DNA of 64,000 nt from Rhynchobatus australiae (taxonomy: Eukaryota): contig JAUZTB010000064.1 in NCBI GenBank assembly GCA_034780895.1, positions 112,154,040 to 112,218,039 on the forward strand, given 5' to 3'. Of the stretch, positions 26,190-39,189 are shown piece by piece. A program made the translations under genes and the position numbers. Position 1 is the first letter of the stretch. Every line of letters starts with the position of its first letter. Below the pieces are notes generated by a model. It saw only the letters and a list, made by a program, of their open reading frames with translations, had not been told where the DNA came from and made no database searches.

Positions 26190-27230
26190 AGGGTATTTCT
26201 TTATTCATTTATGGGATGCTGGTTTTGCTGGCAATCTTATTGCTCATCTGTATTTGCTCTTGAGAGAGTGGTACAGACTTACTTCCTTGAACCATTACAG
26301 TCTTTGCGGTAAAGGTACTGCCACACTGTTTGGTAGAGAGTTCCAGGATTTACATCCAGCAATGATAAAGGAACCATGATATATTTCTAAGTCAGGATGG
26401 TGTGCAGGTGGGAAGAGAACTTGCAGGTCGTGGAGTTCCCATAGTCATACTGCCTTTGTCCTTCTTGGTTGTAAAGGAATAGATTTTGAAGTTCAGTTGG
26501 TATAGCTAGGCAAGTAACTGCAGTACATTTTATAGATGGTCACAGCACAAGGTGATAGCACAAGGAGTGAACATTTAGTGCAGTGGATGGATTGCTGATC
26601 AAAGCAGCTTGCTTCATTCTGGAGCGTTGTCTGACCAGTACTCATCCAGGAAAGTAGAGATTATTCCCTCATAAAAACTGACTTGTGGCTTGTAGGCAGA
26701 GGAAATAGCGTGGGGTGTCAGAAGATAAGTCANNNNNNNNNNNNNNNNNNNNNNNNNNNNNNNNNNNNNNNNNNNNNNNNNNNNNNNNNNNNNNNNNNNN
26801 NNNNNNNNNNNNNNNNNNNNNNNNNNNNNNNNNNNNNNNNNNNNNNNNNNNNNNNNNNNNNNNNNNNNNNNNNNNNNNNNNNNNNNNNNNNNNNNNNNNN
26901 NNNNNNNNNNNNNNNNNNNNNNNNNNNNNNNGACATGCAAACATGGATAGGTTCACTTGTTGAGAAGTTGCAAGCAAAACTGAACATTGTGCAATTATTG
27001 ATGAAACACCTGCAGCCTTGGATGTGTGGCTGAAGGTCATTAATCTTTGGATGCTGTCCTGAGGAACACCTGCAGTGATGTCCTAAAGAAGGGTCCTGAC
27101 CCGAAACATTGACTACCTGCTTTTCTCCATGGATGCTGCCTGGCCTGCTGAGTTCCTCCAGTATCATTGTGTTTTTCACCTGCAGTGATGTCCTGGGGCT
27201 GGGATGATTGACTTCAATAATCTCTCTATC
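26190..27230 (-). mobile_element. Old CR1-clade LINE of a second lineage (3' part), with gap and a nested cassette
   Basis: Collinear with 50555-51870 (cttgaacc..., tatttctaagtcaggatggtgtg, ttcccatag...tgcctttgtccttcttgg) and contains the reverse of the VPQGS RT motif (cctgaggaacacc). Confidence 0.6.
27067..27194 (+). repeat. Penelope-derived cassette flanked by an 18-bp direct repeat
   Basis: cacctgcagtgatgtcct at 27067-27084 and 27177-27194 flanks aaagaagggtcctgacccgaaacattgact...gatgctgcctggcctgctgagttcctccag. Confidence 0.85.
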
Positions 27231-27434
27231 AGTTCCCCTTAATATCTAGAAAATTTCAATCAACTCATTCCTTAACCTTCCCTTCTAAATTACAAGGAAT
27301 ATTGTCATGTAATTTCTCCTTGTACTTTAACTCTTGGAGCTCAGATATTCTGACAAATTACTTCACTCCCTGCATGATCGATCTATCCTTCCAAAGATGC
27401 AGTGCACAGAATGCTCCAGGTGCAGTTTAACCTT

Positions 27435-27573
27435 GATATTTGGAATGACATTTTCAAGTTGATTAATACTTTGTCATTATGTGCCTGTCATTCTCTCCTT
27501 CGATTTAAAGTGGTCCATAGAGCTCACTTGTCTAAAGATAAACTATCCCATTTTTATTCCGATATATCTCCTT
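27435..27573 (+). mobile_element. L1/Tx1-type ORF2 fragment ending at a gap
   Basis: Nearly identical to 30318-30440 (FKVVHRAHLSKDKLSHFYSDISP). Confidence 0.75.
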
Positions 27574-28124
27574 NNNNNNNNNNNNNNNNNNNNNNNNNNN
27601 NNNNNNNNNNNNNNNNNNNNNNNNNNNNNNNNNNNNNNNNNNNNNNNNNNNNNNNNNNNNNNNNNNNNNNNNNTAATGTAGTTGACTCTTAAATTCTCTT
27701 TGGAATGAGCTCACAAGTCACTGATTTCAAAGCGATTGAAGTTTAGGCTATAAGTGCTGGCCTTGCCAAAGATGCCCAGATTCTGAAATTGAATGATTTT
27801 TTTTTTCTCTTTTTGATGTTATACCTGGGATATGTAACAGGTGTATGCAACCTGTTGGCTCAATGATAGTGCAGCTCAACCTTAAATTGGTTTTGGACCT
27901 GTTCATCCATGCAAAGGGATTGCTTGCTGTGATCCAGAACTCTCACTTTGTGACACACTTGAATTTCTTGACCACAATGTCCAGAATGGCTTCCCTCATT
28001 GAAGTTCTTTGCTGAGTAATCCTTGTATCATCTGGGTTATTTTCAATTCATCTTGCTGCCGTCAGCAGCGCCCTCATTTGCCAGGCATGTGTCCGAACTT
28101 CAGGTCACCCTGTGTGTTATGGAT

Positions 28125-29713
28125 GCGATGGGAGGTGAGGACCTCAATACAATCGCTGTCACTAAAGAGGTAGTGATGAGCAAACTAGTGAGCCTAAAGG
28201 TAGATAAGTCCCCTGATCCTGATGGGATGCATCCCAGGATACTGAAAGAAATGGCGGAACTTATGTAGAGGTGTTTGTGATCATTTACCGAAATTCTCTG
28301 GACTCTGGGCAGGTCCCAGTGGATTGGAAGACAGCAAATCTCACAGCACTGTTTAAAAAAGGATGTAGGCAAAAGGCAGGTAACTATAGGCCAATTAACT
28401 TTACGTCTGTAGTTGGAAAAATACTTGAAGCTATCATTAAGGAAGAAACAGCAAGACATCTGAATAGAAGTGGTTCCACCAGGCAGACACAGCATGGATT
28501 CAGGAAGGGCAGGTTCTGTATGATAAGCTTATTGGAGTTCTTTGAGGATATAATGAGCACAGTGGATAGAAGGGAGCAGGTGGGCATTGTATACTTGGAT
28601 TTCCAGAAGGCATTCAATAAGGTGCTGCATGAAAGACTTTTCCATAAGATAAGGATGCATGGAATTGGGAGTAAGGTATTAGCATGAACAGAGAATTGGT
28701 TAACCAATAGAAGGCAGAGAGTTGGGATAAATGTGGGTTTCTCTGGTTGGTAATCAGTGGTGAGCAGGATGCTGCAGGGGTCGGTGCTGGGCCTGCAACT
28801 GTTCACGATATACATTAACGATTTGAAAGAGGGGACCGAGTATAGTGTATCTAAGCTTGTTGATGACACTAAATTGAGCGGAAAAGCAAATTGTGCAGAG
28901 TATGCGGAGAGTCGGCAGAGAGATTAAGTGAGTGGGCAAGGGTCTGGCAGACGGAGTACAATGTTGGTAAATGCGAAGTCATCCACTTTGGAAAGAAAAA
29001 TAGAAGATCAGATTATTATCTAAGTGGTGAAAGATTGCAGCATGCTGTTGTGCAGAAGGACTTGGGAGTGCTTGTGCATAGATCATAAAAGGTTGGTTTG
29101 CAGGTACGGCAGGTTATCAAGAAGGCAAATGGAATGTTGGCCTACATTGCTAGAGGGATTGAATTTAAGACAGGGAGGTTATGCTGCAACTGTACAGGGT
29201 ACTGGTGAGGCTACACCTGAAGTACTGCGCACAGCTCTGGTCTTCTTACTTGTGGAACGATCTACTTGCTCTGGAGGTGGCACAGAGGAGGTTCACCAGG
29301 TTGATTCCAGAGATGAGGGGGTTAGCCTATGAGGAGAGATTGAGTCGCCCAGCACTATACTCACTAGAATGCAGAAGGATGGGAGGGGATCTTATAGAAA
29401 CATATAAAATTATGAAAGGGATACATAAGATAGAGGCAGGAAGGTTTTTTCCGCTGGTAGATGAGACTAGAGCAAGGGGACATAGCCTCAAGATTCGGGG
29501 AATAGATTTAGGATGGAGATGAGGAGAAACTGCTTTTCTCAGGGAGTAGTGAATTTGTGGAATTCTCTGCCCAGGGAAGCAGTAGAGGCTACCTCATTAA
29601 ATATATTTAAGACACAGTTAAATACATTTTTGCATAGTAGAGAAATTAAGGGTTATGGGGAAATGGCAGGTAGGTGGATCTGAGTCCACAGCCAGATCAG
29701 CCGTGATCTTATT
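28125..29713 (+). mobile_element. 5'-truncated CR1 LINE with RT domain, inactivated by stops and frameshifts
   Basis: KVDKSPDPDGMHPRILKE, WKTANLTALFKKG, GNYRPINFTSVVGK, QHGFRKGR, VYLDFQKAFNKV, QGSVLG, YINDL, KCEVIHFG, YRVLVRLHLKYCAQLWS; CR1 tail agatcagccgtgatcttatt. Confidence 0.93.
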
Positions 29714-30178
29714 CTTTCTTTTTACAATATTTAGATTGAATCCATGAAAAAAGATACAGAGTACATGTATCAAAAAAGAGAGTAAAAATACTACTGATTA
29801 CCTTGTGTTAAATCATACTTAAGATTACAATTCTCTAAATTAATAATCACATATAATAGTTAATTAATAAAGGAAGAAAAAGTTGAAATATTTTATTATA
29901 AAATAATCTACTCCCACTACCAAAACCTGAAGCTGTTTGATAGAAAAAACAACAAGAAAAACCTTTAAAAATGTAACAGTGTCAGCCAATATCTGTGTTT
30001 AAGTCCTCAAATCAGAGATTTTGAAAATAATTCAAAAAAGGTCCCCTCATGGTTTGAAAGTTTAGGTTAGATTCGAAAACTGAACAGTGAATCTTCTCTA
30101 GATTCAAGTATGACATAACATCCCATAACCATTGAGCATAAGTAGAGTAATTGAGCAGAGTAACTTTCTTGCATTTAA
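29714..30178 (-). mobile_element. Inverted copy of the 3' end of the adjacent L1-type element
   Basis: Reverse complement aligns along its length with 30681-31135 (e.g. actaccaaaacctgaagctgtttgatagaaaaa vs tttttctatcaaacagcttcaggttttggtagt). Confidence 0.9.
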
Positions 30179-31135
30179 TTTGGAACCCTTTCAGGATGGC
30201 TCAATATCTAATATTTATGACAGATTACTAGGAATGAGTAAGATGCCAGTAGATAAAATTAAAAACACTTGGAACAAGATTTGCAGATGTCAATTTCTGA
30301 GGAAACTTGGAATTAAATTTTCAAGTTGGTTAATACTTCGTCATTATGTGCCTGTCATGCTCTCTTTCAATTTAAAGTGGTCCATAGAGCTCACTTGTCT
30401 AAAGATAAACTATCCCATTTTTATTCCGATATATCTCCTTACTGTGACAAATGTAATAACGGAGTGACTTCTTTAATTCACATGTTCTGGACATGTCAGA
30501 GTCTTAAAAAATATTGGGCAGAGGTCTTTCATACTTTTTCTGTACTTTTCAAAATAAATTTTAAACTTAATCCTTTGACTACATTATTTGGGATCGCTGG
30601 AGAAAAAGATACAACTTTGAAGGCTTCCGATTTACACATTCTGGCTTTTATTTCTCTTATGGACAGGAGAACTGTGTTGCTTAAATGGAAGGAAGTTACT
30701 TGCCTACTCATGCTCAATGGTTATGGGATGTTATGTCATTCCTGAATCTAGAGAAGATTCGCTGTTCAGTTTTTGAATCTAACTTAGACTTTCAAACCTT
30801 GCGGGGAGCTTTTTTGAATTATTTTCAAAATCTCTGATTTGGGGACTAAAATGCAGATATTGGCTGACACTGTTATGTTTTTAAGGGTTTTTCCTTGTTT
30901 TTTTCTATCAAACAGCTTCAGGTTTTGGTAGTGAGAGTAGATTGTTTTATCATAAAATATTTTGATTTTTTTCTTCCATTATTAACTATTATACATGATT
31001 ATCAATTTAGAGTATTGTAATCTTAAGTATGATTTAACACAACGTACTCAGTAGTATTTTTACTTTCTTTTTTGATGCATGTACTCTGTATTTTTTCATG
31101 GATTTAATAAAAATATTGTAAAAGAAAAAAGAAAG
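30179..31135 (+). mobile_element. 5'-truncated L1/Tx1-clade LINE: ORF2 Cys-rich C-terminus, 3' UTR, AATAAA and A-rich tail
   Basis: FKVVHRAHLSKDKL...CDKCNNGVTSLIHMFWTC...YW (C-x2-C...H-x-FW-x-C motif of fish L1 ORF2); AATAAA at 31106-31111 followed by aaaagaaaaaagaaag. Confidence 0.85.
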
Positions 31136-33554
31136 ATATTAATAGCTGAGGCCTAACTTCTACCCTTTAGTGTTCCATTACTCTAGATATAAGGGACTGA
31201 ATTCCATTAGTTGATTGAAATTTCAACACTCCAGGAAAGAGAACCACAAGGAGCAGCGATATTTTGAACTTTTAGCCAGAAATACTATCTGCGAACTCAA
31301 CATGAATTCAAATTCATTTCTTTTAATCCAATCCATTATTTTGACATCCATATTTGTTCAGACCACTCTTGATAATCCATGAATACTTCACAAGAAACAA
31401 AAAGGGTACTGCAGAACAAGCCTCTCAATTCAATGTTTTGAATTAAGTGGAGACCATTAAATTGATAAAATATTCAATGACTTCACAATGACTAAGCCTG
31501 GCGTGGACATTATTTTGTGTTTTCCTTCTGCCTTAGAGATCAGTTTGATGGTACTTTTTTAAGATCCACAAATAAGACTGTTAAGAGTGTATTTACACAT
31601 GGTAACATGTTGAGCTCAATGGCCACTTGACACTTTTTTGATTTGGTTTCATTTCAGCATTTTCCCATTTGGTACAGATGAAGCAGGGCAATGAACCTAT
31701 CCTCTACTTGATGGTATTACTTGTAGTTATCATAAATATTTTGGGAAGGAGAATGATACATAAGAGCGTAATTGAATCATGCAGCAGTGACACTTAAATG
31801 AGATAAAATTATATTATCATGTACAAACTGGCATGCACATGGAATGCATTTCTGGACATTTCCATTGCTAATGGTGCCCTTTTAAAAGGCAAAAAAATAT
31901 TCTAACTGCCAAAATAAACATGGAAGACAAAGATAACCATATGCTTTAGAGAAACATAAGCAGGAATTTGAAAAGCCTAAAAAAAAATACCTGTATGTAT
32001 GTAATTGGGATGACACAGAAAAAGAAGACTGCACTAAAAAATAATTGTCTTGAAGTGATATCCCCGTATTTTATATCCCTGTAATTGTAAGTAAGTTAGT
32101 GGCTGGGAACCCAGCACTCCTTCACTGGGAAAGAGGAAATATCCGAGAGTGTGAACTTCATTTTCATTCATTACCCAGTTCAAGGCAAGCAAAAGTATTG
32201 GAGCTGGTCATTTAAGCTTCCTATTGACCAGCAGAGCAATGTGGCTTGAGAAGGCCAGATAGGAAGAGAACAGACAAGCAAAATCTAGAGTAATATAGAA
32301 CTGTGATGTCATGTGAAGTTATTTTCTGGTATTCAGTTAGTCAGGAATCTGGGACTATAGCAACTACCTAACCTTTCACATAAATTATGGATTATGGCAT
32401 AGAGTAACCTAAAAAGAGAGAATGGAGAAAAATATAACTACAAGAAAAGGTTAACGCTCACCGATGATGTCACCTTGTGTGGACCCTTTACCAATTCAAT
32501 TTTCTTGTTTTTAAGCTAGAAAAAAAATAATGGAGAGGCTTTAAGATCCTAATGGCAGCCTAATGGCACTGAATAGGTGAGGTTACAATGTTAATCGTTG
32601 GTAAAATTTTATCATTATTTTTGTCATTCAATATATTATGCAATTGAATTGTCTCCTTGATCCTTCTGAGAGAATTTGAGAACATGATTACCGTAACATG
32701 ACACTGATAAAACAACAATAAAATAAATTTAAACATTTTGATCACTTCTCAGGTTAGTTATCACCAAGAAAAGCTGAAAGAGAAAGTCTGCACAGACGTA
32801 AAATTGGAATGTTGCTTTGTAAAGACTGGCTTCAAACTCAGAACATTAATAGATAAATGAAAGTGACTCATCTACTTTTGTCTGTATTTTGTGGGAAACA
32901 TAAACCACACCTCAAAGAATAAACAGTGCAACATGTCTGTCATGCTGAGTTGACAGGGTGAGTTTTTGGATACTTATTTACTCTGTTAACTTTGTCACTT
33001 TGCTTAAATTAAACAGAAAGGAAAATCTACCAGTAATTAACCTCCAGGCAGATTGCAAAAGCCAGCCACCTCGAAATTCGATCATATAACTCTGTTTATT
33101 TCAGAACCAGGTGATTAAAAACACATTTGGATGAAGTGATAGATGATANNNNNNNNNNNNNNNNNNNNNNNNNNNNNNNNNNNNNNNNNNNNNNNNNNNN
33201 NNNNNNNNNNNNNNNNNNNNNNNNNNNNNNNNNNNNNNNNNNNNNNNNAACCATTTGTGGGTTGGTTTGCATCACTCAAAAATTCCATTGCACTCTTCCC
33301 AGCATCAGATATGCTTTAAGTGATGTAATTGCCTCCGCATATATTCCTGTGGAGCATTACTGTGGAGAGATTGTCCTGGGAGAACCAGCATTAACCACAC
33401 CCAAGACAACAGGGTTTTCATTCTGTGCTGCCGGGAAGCTCCATTCTTAAATTTTATCCTTCAGGACCTCCCTATGGAACAGAACTACTCCCCCACCCAG
33501 TGATCTTAACCCCTGACACCCCCTAATAGGTCAGATACCTACTGTATGGCGACT

Positions 33555-34085
33555 AACATAACACTTATATTCTCCATGTCCTTCAAGCAAACGTTTATGA
33601 TCCACATCAAATCTTTCACTCAACCTTCAATATGCACAGGGCATATATAATCTATCAACCACTAATTGTGATAAATTTTGTGTACAGTTGGGCACAGATG
33701 ATGTATTAAAAATATTTGCTACAACCAAATTTCTAAGGTATTACATTTAAAAGTAAGCATAATTCAGTTCAATAAGATCTCAATAATCTATCATAAGGCC
33801 ATCAATTGTTGTGATAACTGTACACCAGCTTGCATTAATAAAAGTCCTAACAAAGGGAAATAAATTTACCATAAATATCCAAATTCACTACTACTAAATC
33901 TGGAAGTGCAGCATGTTTGAGCTGTGTTGCAATCCTGATCTATATGTTACTTATTTTAATTATCTCATTGCCACCACCCCATTCTTTCTGGAGGTTCAAG
34001 CANNNNNNNNNNGCAAGCCTTCAAAGTCGCTCTATCAAAAACTCACTCCACTAGTTCATTCTCTAGCCTCACAACCCTCTATGTC
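33555..34085. repeat. Direct repeat copy 1 (~530 bp)
   Basis: Collinear with 35647-36148 from acataacac..ttctccatgtccttcaagcaaa to aaaactcactccactagttcattctct. Confidence 0.9.
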
Positions 34086-35646
34086 GTAGCATTGTGCGCA
34101 AGCTGTTCACACAAGGTTTGCATGCATATACTGCAGGCACCAATCATTTTTTTTTGGATTAGTGCACATGTAGCTGTGAGTAATTTCTGTCTTCTCTTTT
34201 GCATTTAATCCTCTCAGTTCCTGGTAGTCCTGATCCACTGTAGCACTGATCCTTCAATAGCCCCATTTCCTAAGGGTCTGATGGGCCTGATTTCATGACG
34301 TTAGGGTGTTCTCAATCTCAATCACACCTGTGCCAGTCCTAATCTTCTGATCACTGCCCACATCAGTGGTTCTGACTCTCCAATCCCTGATAAGCCCCAC
34401 ACTTCCAACTGGATCCATTATTCCACTCCCCCAATTGACAACGGATCCCCAGGAAGACCTCCTACCGTTATCCTTCTCTCTCCCCCAACCCCATGGATTT
34501 GGCTCATTCCTGGACAATTTCCCTTGGCTTGAGCAGGATTTCTGAGCCTCAGGAAACCTGTGCTGGAGACACTGAAGTAGGAATTCAACCACACAAGAAA
34601 CATGAATTAAAATGGTAATGCACTGGGACCCATGAAGACCTGTCCTGGTATTGTGTGTAAGATGTTCACACAAGGTGCATGTAATGCAGGTAACAACCAT
34701 GGTTTTTTGCATTAGTGCACATGCAACTACGACTAATTTCAGTCTTTTCATGCAACAGTAGAAAAGAACCTGCACAAATTAACATCATGCCAGCATCGCT
34801 TAAAGGAATGTTATTGCTGACCTCAACCAACCCTCCTTCTCTGAGGCTAACTCTGAGCTCCTTGTAGAAGGGAAGTTGACACACAGCTATTGACTGCTGC
34901 AGAAGACCAGTTCATTCCAGGTAGTGACACTGCTATAAAACACACTGTGTTGTTTATAGCACATTGCTGGATTGGTATAAAGTTGTGAAGATTCTGCTTA
35001 TGGAGAGATAAATTTTATCCTCAGTGATGAGCATCAGGCAATGCAAGCAAGTGGAGAGACTTTACCACATTGTTGGAACGTAACATTGCTGCAGACTGCA
35101 AGACATAGCATACAACAGCTGCAGCTACCTGGAGACATCTGAACACCACAGGATAACTGTGACCTACTCTTAAAGGCAGAACAGTCCAGATCAGCAGGTA
35201 GGTGGTTGGTGATATCATTGCCTTTGAAAACTATCCTCTGGAAACATTGCCCTTTAGAGAAGTGGAGAGAGCTTCCATATAATGCTTGAAAGCTACATCC
35301 TCTACACCAAAGCCCTTCCCTCATTACTCCTGTGCTCTTCTTATTGAAAGAGGCCTTGCCTTCAATTGTTCTCCTCATGCTATTGGTTGTGCCAGGCCAA
35401 AATAGCTTGGAAAAAAAACTTGTCTCAATATTGTGAAAAGCAATCTGTTCATTCATTGCAGCTTCACAGAGCTTTCCACCAACTTGGTCCCCAACAAACC
35501 TGCACATAATCGATGATGCCTTTAAATAGCACAGATGTATGGCTGCTTCCCACTGTTCATACCTCATTTCCTTGGCTGAAACAGTGCGTTAGCAGCATAC
35601 ACTAACTTAACAGGACAGATACCAAATGCGCATTGCACAATGATTG

Positions 35647-36148
35647 ACATAACACCTGCATTCTCCATGTCCTTCAAGCAAAGGTGTATGATTCACATCA
35701 GATCTTTCACTCAACTTTCAATATGCACTAGGCATCTATCAACCACTAATTGTGATCAATTTTTGTGCACATTTGGGCACAGATGATGTATTAAAAATAT
35801 GTGCTACAACCAAATTTCTAAGGTATTAAATTTAAATTAAGCATAATTCAGTTTAATAAGATCTCAATAATCTATCATAAGGCCATCAATTGTGATAACT
35901 ATACACCACCAGATTAAAGTCCTAACAAAGGCAAATACATTTATCATAAATATCTAAACTCACCTCTGCTAAATCTGGAAGTGTGGTATGTTTGAGTTGT
36001 ATCACAATCATGATCTAAAAGTTACTTATTTTAATTATCTAAATATTACCACCCTATTTGTTCTTAAGTATTCGAATAAGCCTTCAAAGTTGGTCTGCCA
36101 AAAACTCACTCCACTAGTTCATTCTCTTGCTTCAGAACACTCTTATGT
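35647..36148. repeat. Direct repeat copy 2 (~500 bp)
   Basis: Same as copy 1, with scattered substitutions and small indels. Confidence 0.9.
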
Positions 36149-37689
36149 ATTTTTTTAAACTTACTGTTTGTCCTACACCCTTTACGTTTAATTCTAAATC
36201 TGATGTACCCTAATTCTAGGCCACTAAGTCACTAGAAGTGATTTTTTTCTACTACTTCACTCTAACTCTTCATAATATAAAATAATTTTAATCACCCAGT
36301 AATCCCGTCTGAGATTTTCAGGTCTTTCTTTTTACTTACATTCCTCACAGCAGGCAGTATCAGTTAGAGAAACTATGTATTTTGTTCTGTATTGGTTCCA
36401 CCTTCTACTTACATACTTCCTACAATATGGATTCCAAGACTATTCCAAGACAGTCCAGTCTTGCAAAGATTTTATGTGGATTCAGTTGTACATCTCTAAT
36501 TCTCTATCTTACAAGGATGAAATTCACCTTGCACAGGGGTAGTAGGGTATTAGCATTCTGTTTAGCGCACTTCCCAATTTTCTATTTTATGTAATGTTTA
36601 AGAACCATTTTCAACTTTGGATTTAAAGTTTAATTTTTATAATATACCAATTTTTGTACAATTGGGCATATCAATGTAGGGACAGAACCATCTGCTTGTT
36701 TGCATTAGATAACATTTTTTTGTTCCAATGTACAGCAAACTGCCTCTCAGATTACAGGTTACCAGACTAAAAAAAAATAATATTCATGAGAAAGTTCTGG
36801 TGATGAATTCACTACCACAATNNNNNNNNNNNNNNNNNNNNNNNNNNNNNNNNNNNNNNNNNNNNNNNNNNNNNNNNNNNNNNNNNNNNNNNNNNNNNNN
36901 NNNNNNNNNNNNNNNNNNNNNAAGTTCTGGTGATGAATTCACTACCACAATGGCATCAATGCTTTATATCTGCAACATTTTGCTTTGATTTTATTTCAAA
37001 TTTCTTTTCATCCATTGTCAATACTCTTGAGTGATTGTTTCAGCTCTGATATATAGATGCCTTGGGAACAATATGATACTCCTGGGCAAACTCATTTTAA
37101 TGTAATATCCAAGGTTCCCCTTAAACCAATGCCAATAACTTTCTGGTATTTTGGATGTGGTGATAAAATCTCTGATGAATGTTGAATGGAATAATTTTAA
37201 ATAAAAGAGCAGTAAGATAGTGTTTTACTTTAACTAATAATTGCTGGAGTCTGAATGAATTCTTTGTTAATCTGCCATTTCCTATTGAGCTTCTGCTGAT
37301 TGAGGAGAAAAATANNNNNNNNNNCTTAACCTTGTGTTTGATGAATAATATGAGTATAAATATATACTCTATTTTATATATAAATATGCTAAAGACAGTG
37401 TACAATATACCATACTTTATGTGGCCTCCTTTCCCTATGAAAATGTTCTAATTCAGCCCTTTTAATTTGTATATATCTGTGACTGAAAAGTATTGTTTTG
37501 TTGAATTGCCACTTCCAACTAATATTTTGCATCTGTTTTCATAGCAGAATAAAGAAAAAACATTGCAATGTTNNNNNNNNNNNNNNNNNNNNNNNNNNNN
37601 NNNNNNNNNNNNNNNNNNNNNNNNNNNNNNNNNNNNNNNNNNNNNNNNNNNNNNNNNNNNNNNNNNNNNNNNTGCAATGTTAATAGAAG

Positions 37690-38700
37690 GTCAGAGAGCA
37701 ATAGGGAGGGAAGAACTTAAAATAGACACTAACTGATAGAAAAAGTGCTAGATAACCTACTGGGACTAAAGACTGACAAATACCCTGGACTTAGTCTGCA
37801 TTCCAGGCACTTAAGAGAAGTGGCTGCAGAGCAAATCGATGAATTGGCTGTGATTTTCCAAAATTCCTTTCATTTTGGAAATGTCCCAGCAGATTGCAAC
37901 ATCACAAATGGAACACTCCAATTCAAGCAAGAATGGAGACAAGAAGCAAAAATGATAAGCCATCTACCTCAACACTTGTCATTGGGCAAATGACGGAATC
38001 TAATATTATGGAAATCGACAGAGGCCATTTAGTAAATCATCTAGTAAGGTCAACATGGTTCTATGGAAGGGAGATTATGTATGGCAAGCATATTAGCATG
38101 TATTGAGGATGTAATGAGCATGGTGGATAATGGAGCACCAGTAGATTTATTACATTTCCAGTGGAACTCCAAATGGCATTCATTAAGAGGCCACATAAAG
38201 GTTATTGAACATATTAAGAGCTGAAAGTATTGGGGATAATATATTAATATGGGTGAACGACTGACAAACTCACATAAAGCAGATCGGCAAGCTACATCTA
38301 GTGAGGTGCACAGTTATAATTTGGGGTCTCAGTGAGTTACAACCACATTTTGATGAAGGGACCAAGTATATTTTAGTCAACTTCACTGGCAATACAAAGA
38401 TAAGTAGGATTGGTGGCAAGCATATGTGGAAAGGACACAAAGAGTCTGCAAAATAGTATGGATAAGTTAAATGAGTGGTAAAAGTTTAGTAAATGTGAGG
38501 AAATATAGGTATGGAAAATAGAACATTTGGAATTCTCTACCTCAGAGAGCTGTGAAGAATGATTTATTGAACATATTCAATGTTGAAATAACAGGGGTCA
38601 AGGGGGTTAGCCAGGAAAGTGAGTTGAAGCCAAGATTAGTTCAGCCATGGGCTTAATGAATGGTGGAATAGACTCAAAAGATCAGTTCCTGTTTTGTTGT
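37690..38700 (+). mobile_element. Highly decayed CR1 LINE
   Basis: LLGLKTDKYPGL..HSRHLREVAAE..DELAVIFQNS..GNVPAD, caacatggttct, and tail gattagttcagccatgggcttaatgaatggtggaatagactc. Confidence 0.8.
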
Positions 38701-39189
38701 ATATTTTCAACAGGATAATAACAATACGTCATGAAATAAAATGATAACTTGATCAATAATGAAGTCAGTTGAAGCATATAACACAGAATAAACTCACGCA
38801 AAGCGTTTAAGTTTCTCCATTCTCCTCCCAACTCTGGCCACTGTCAAACTTCTAACTTTTCCCTGTTTACTCTCTTTCCTGATTGCTGGTCCTACACTTC
38901 ACCTCCAATCAATGGACTGTAGGCCATCAGCCAGGAAAGGAGTGAAAGGATGTGAATGAGGTCTTGATGCTAGATTCAGTGTGGGCCATATGTTCCCAGT
39001 ATTTCTGGATCTTCCCCACACTACTGTGCTCCCTTGTTCTTTCCACGGCTCCATTAATGTAAGTGGGAAATTCGCAGACAAGACATAGGTAAACTTGTGA
39101 GGATATGAATCTCAGGACTTGTGATGGTTGAAAAATGGTTCCTCAGCCTAAGTATTGGGTAATATAATTTTTCCTATACTTCTCTCTAA

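Noticed and set aside
35034-35567. 177-aa Cys-rich minus-strand ORF
   Set aside because: No coherent domain or splice support; probably chance or decayed TE sequence.
36793-36951. ~30-bp direct repeat either side of a 100-N run
   Set aside because: Typical unmerged contig overlap; assembly artefact.
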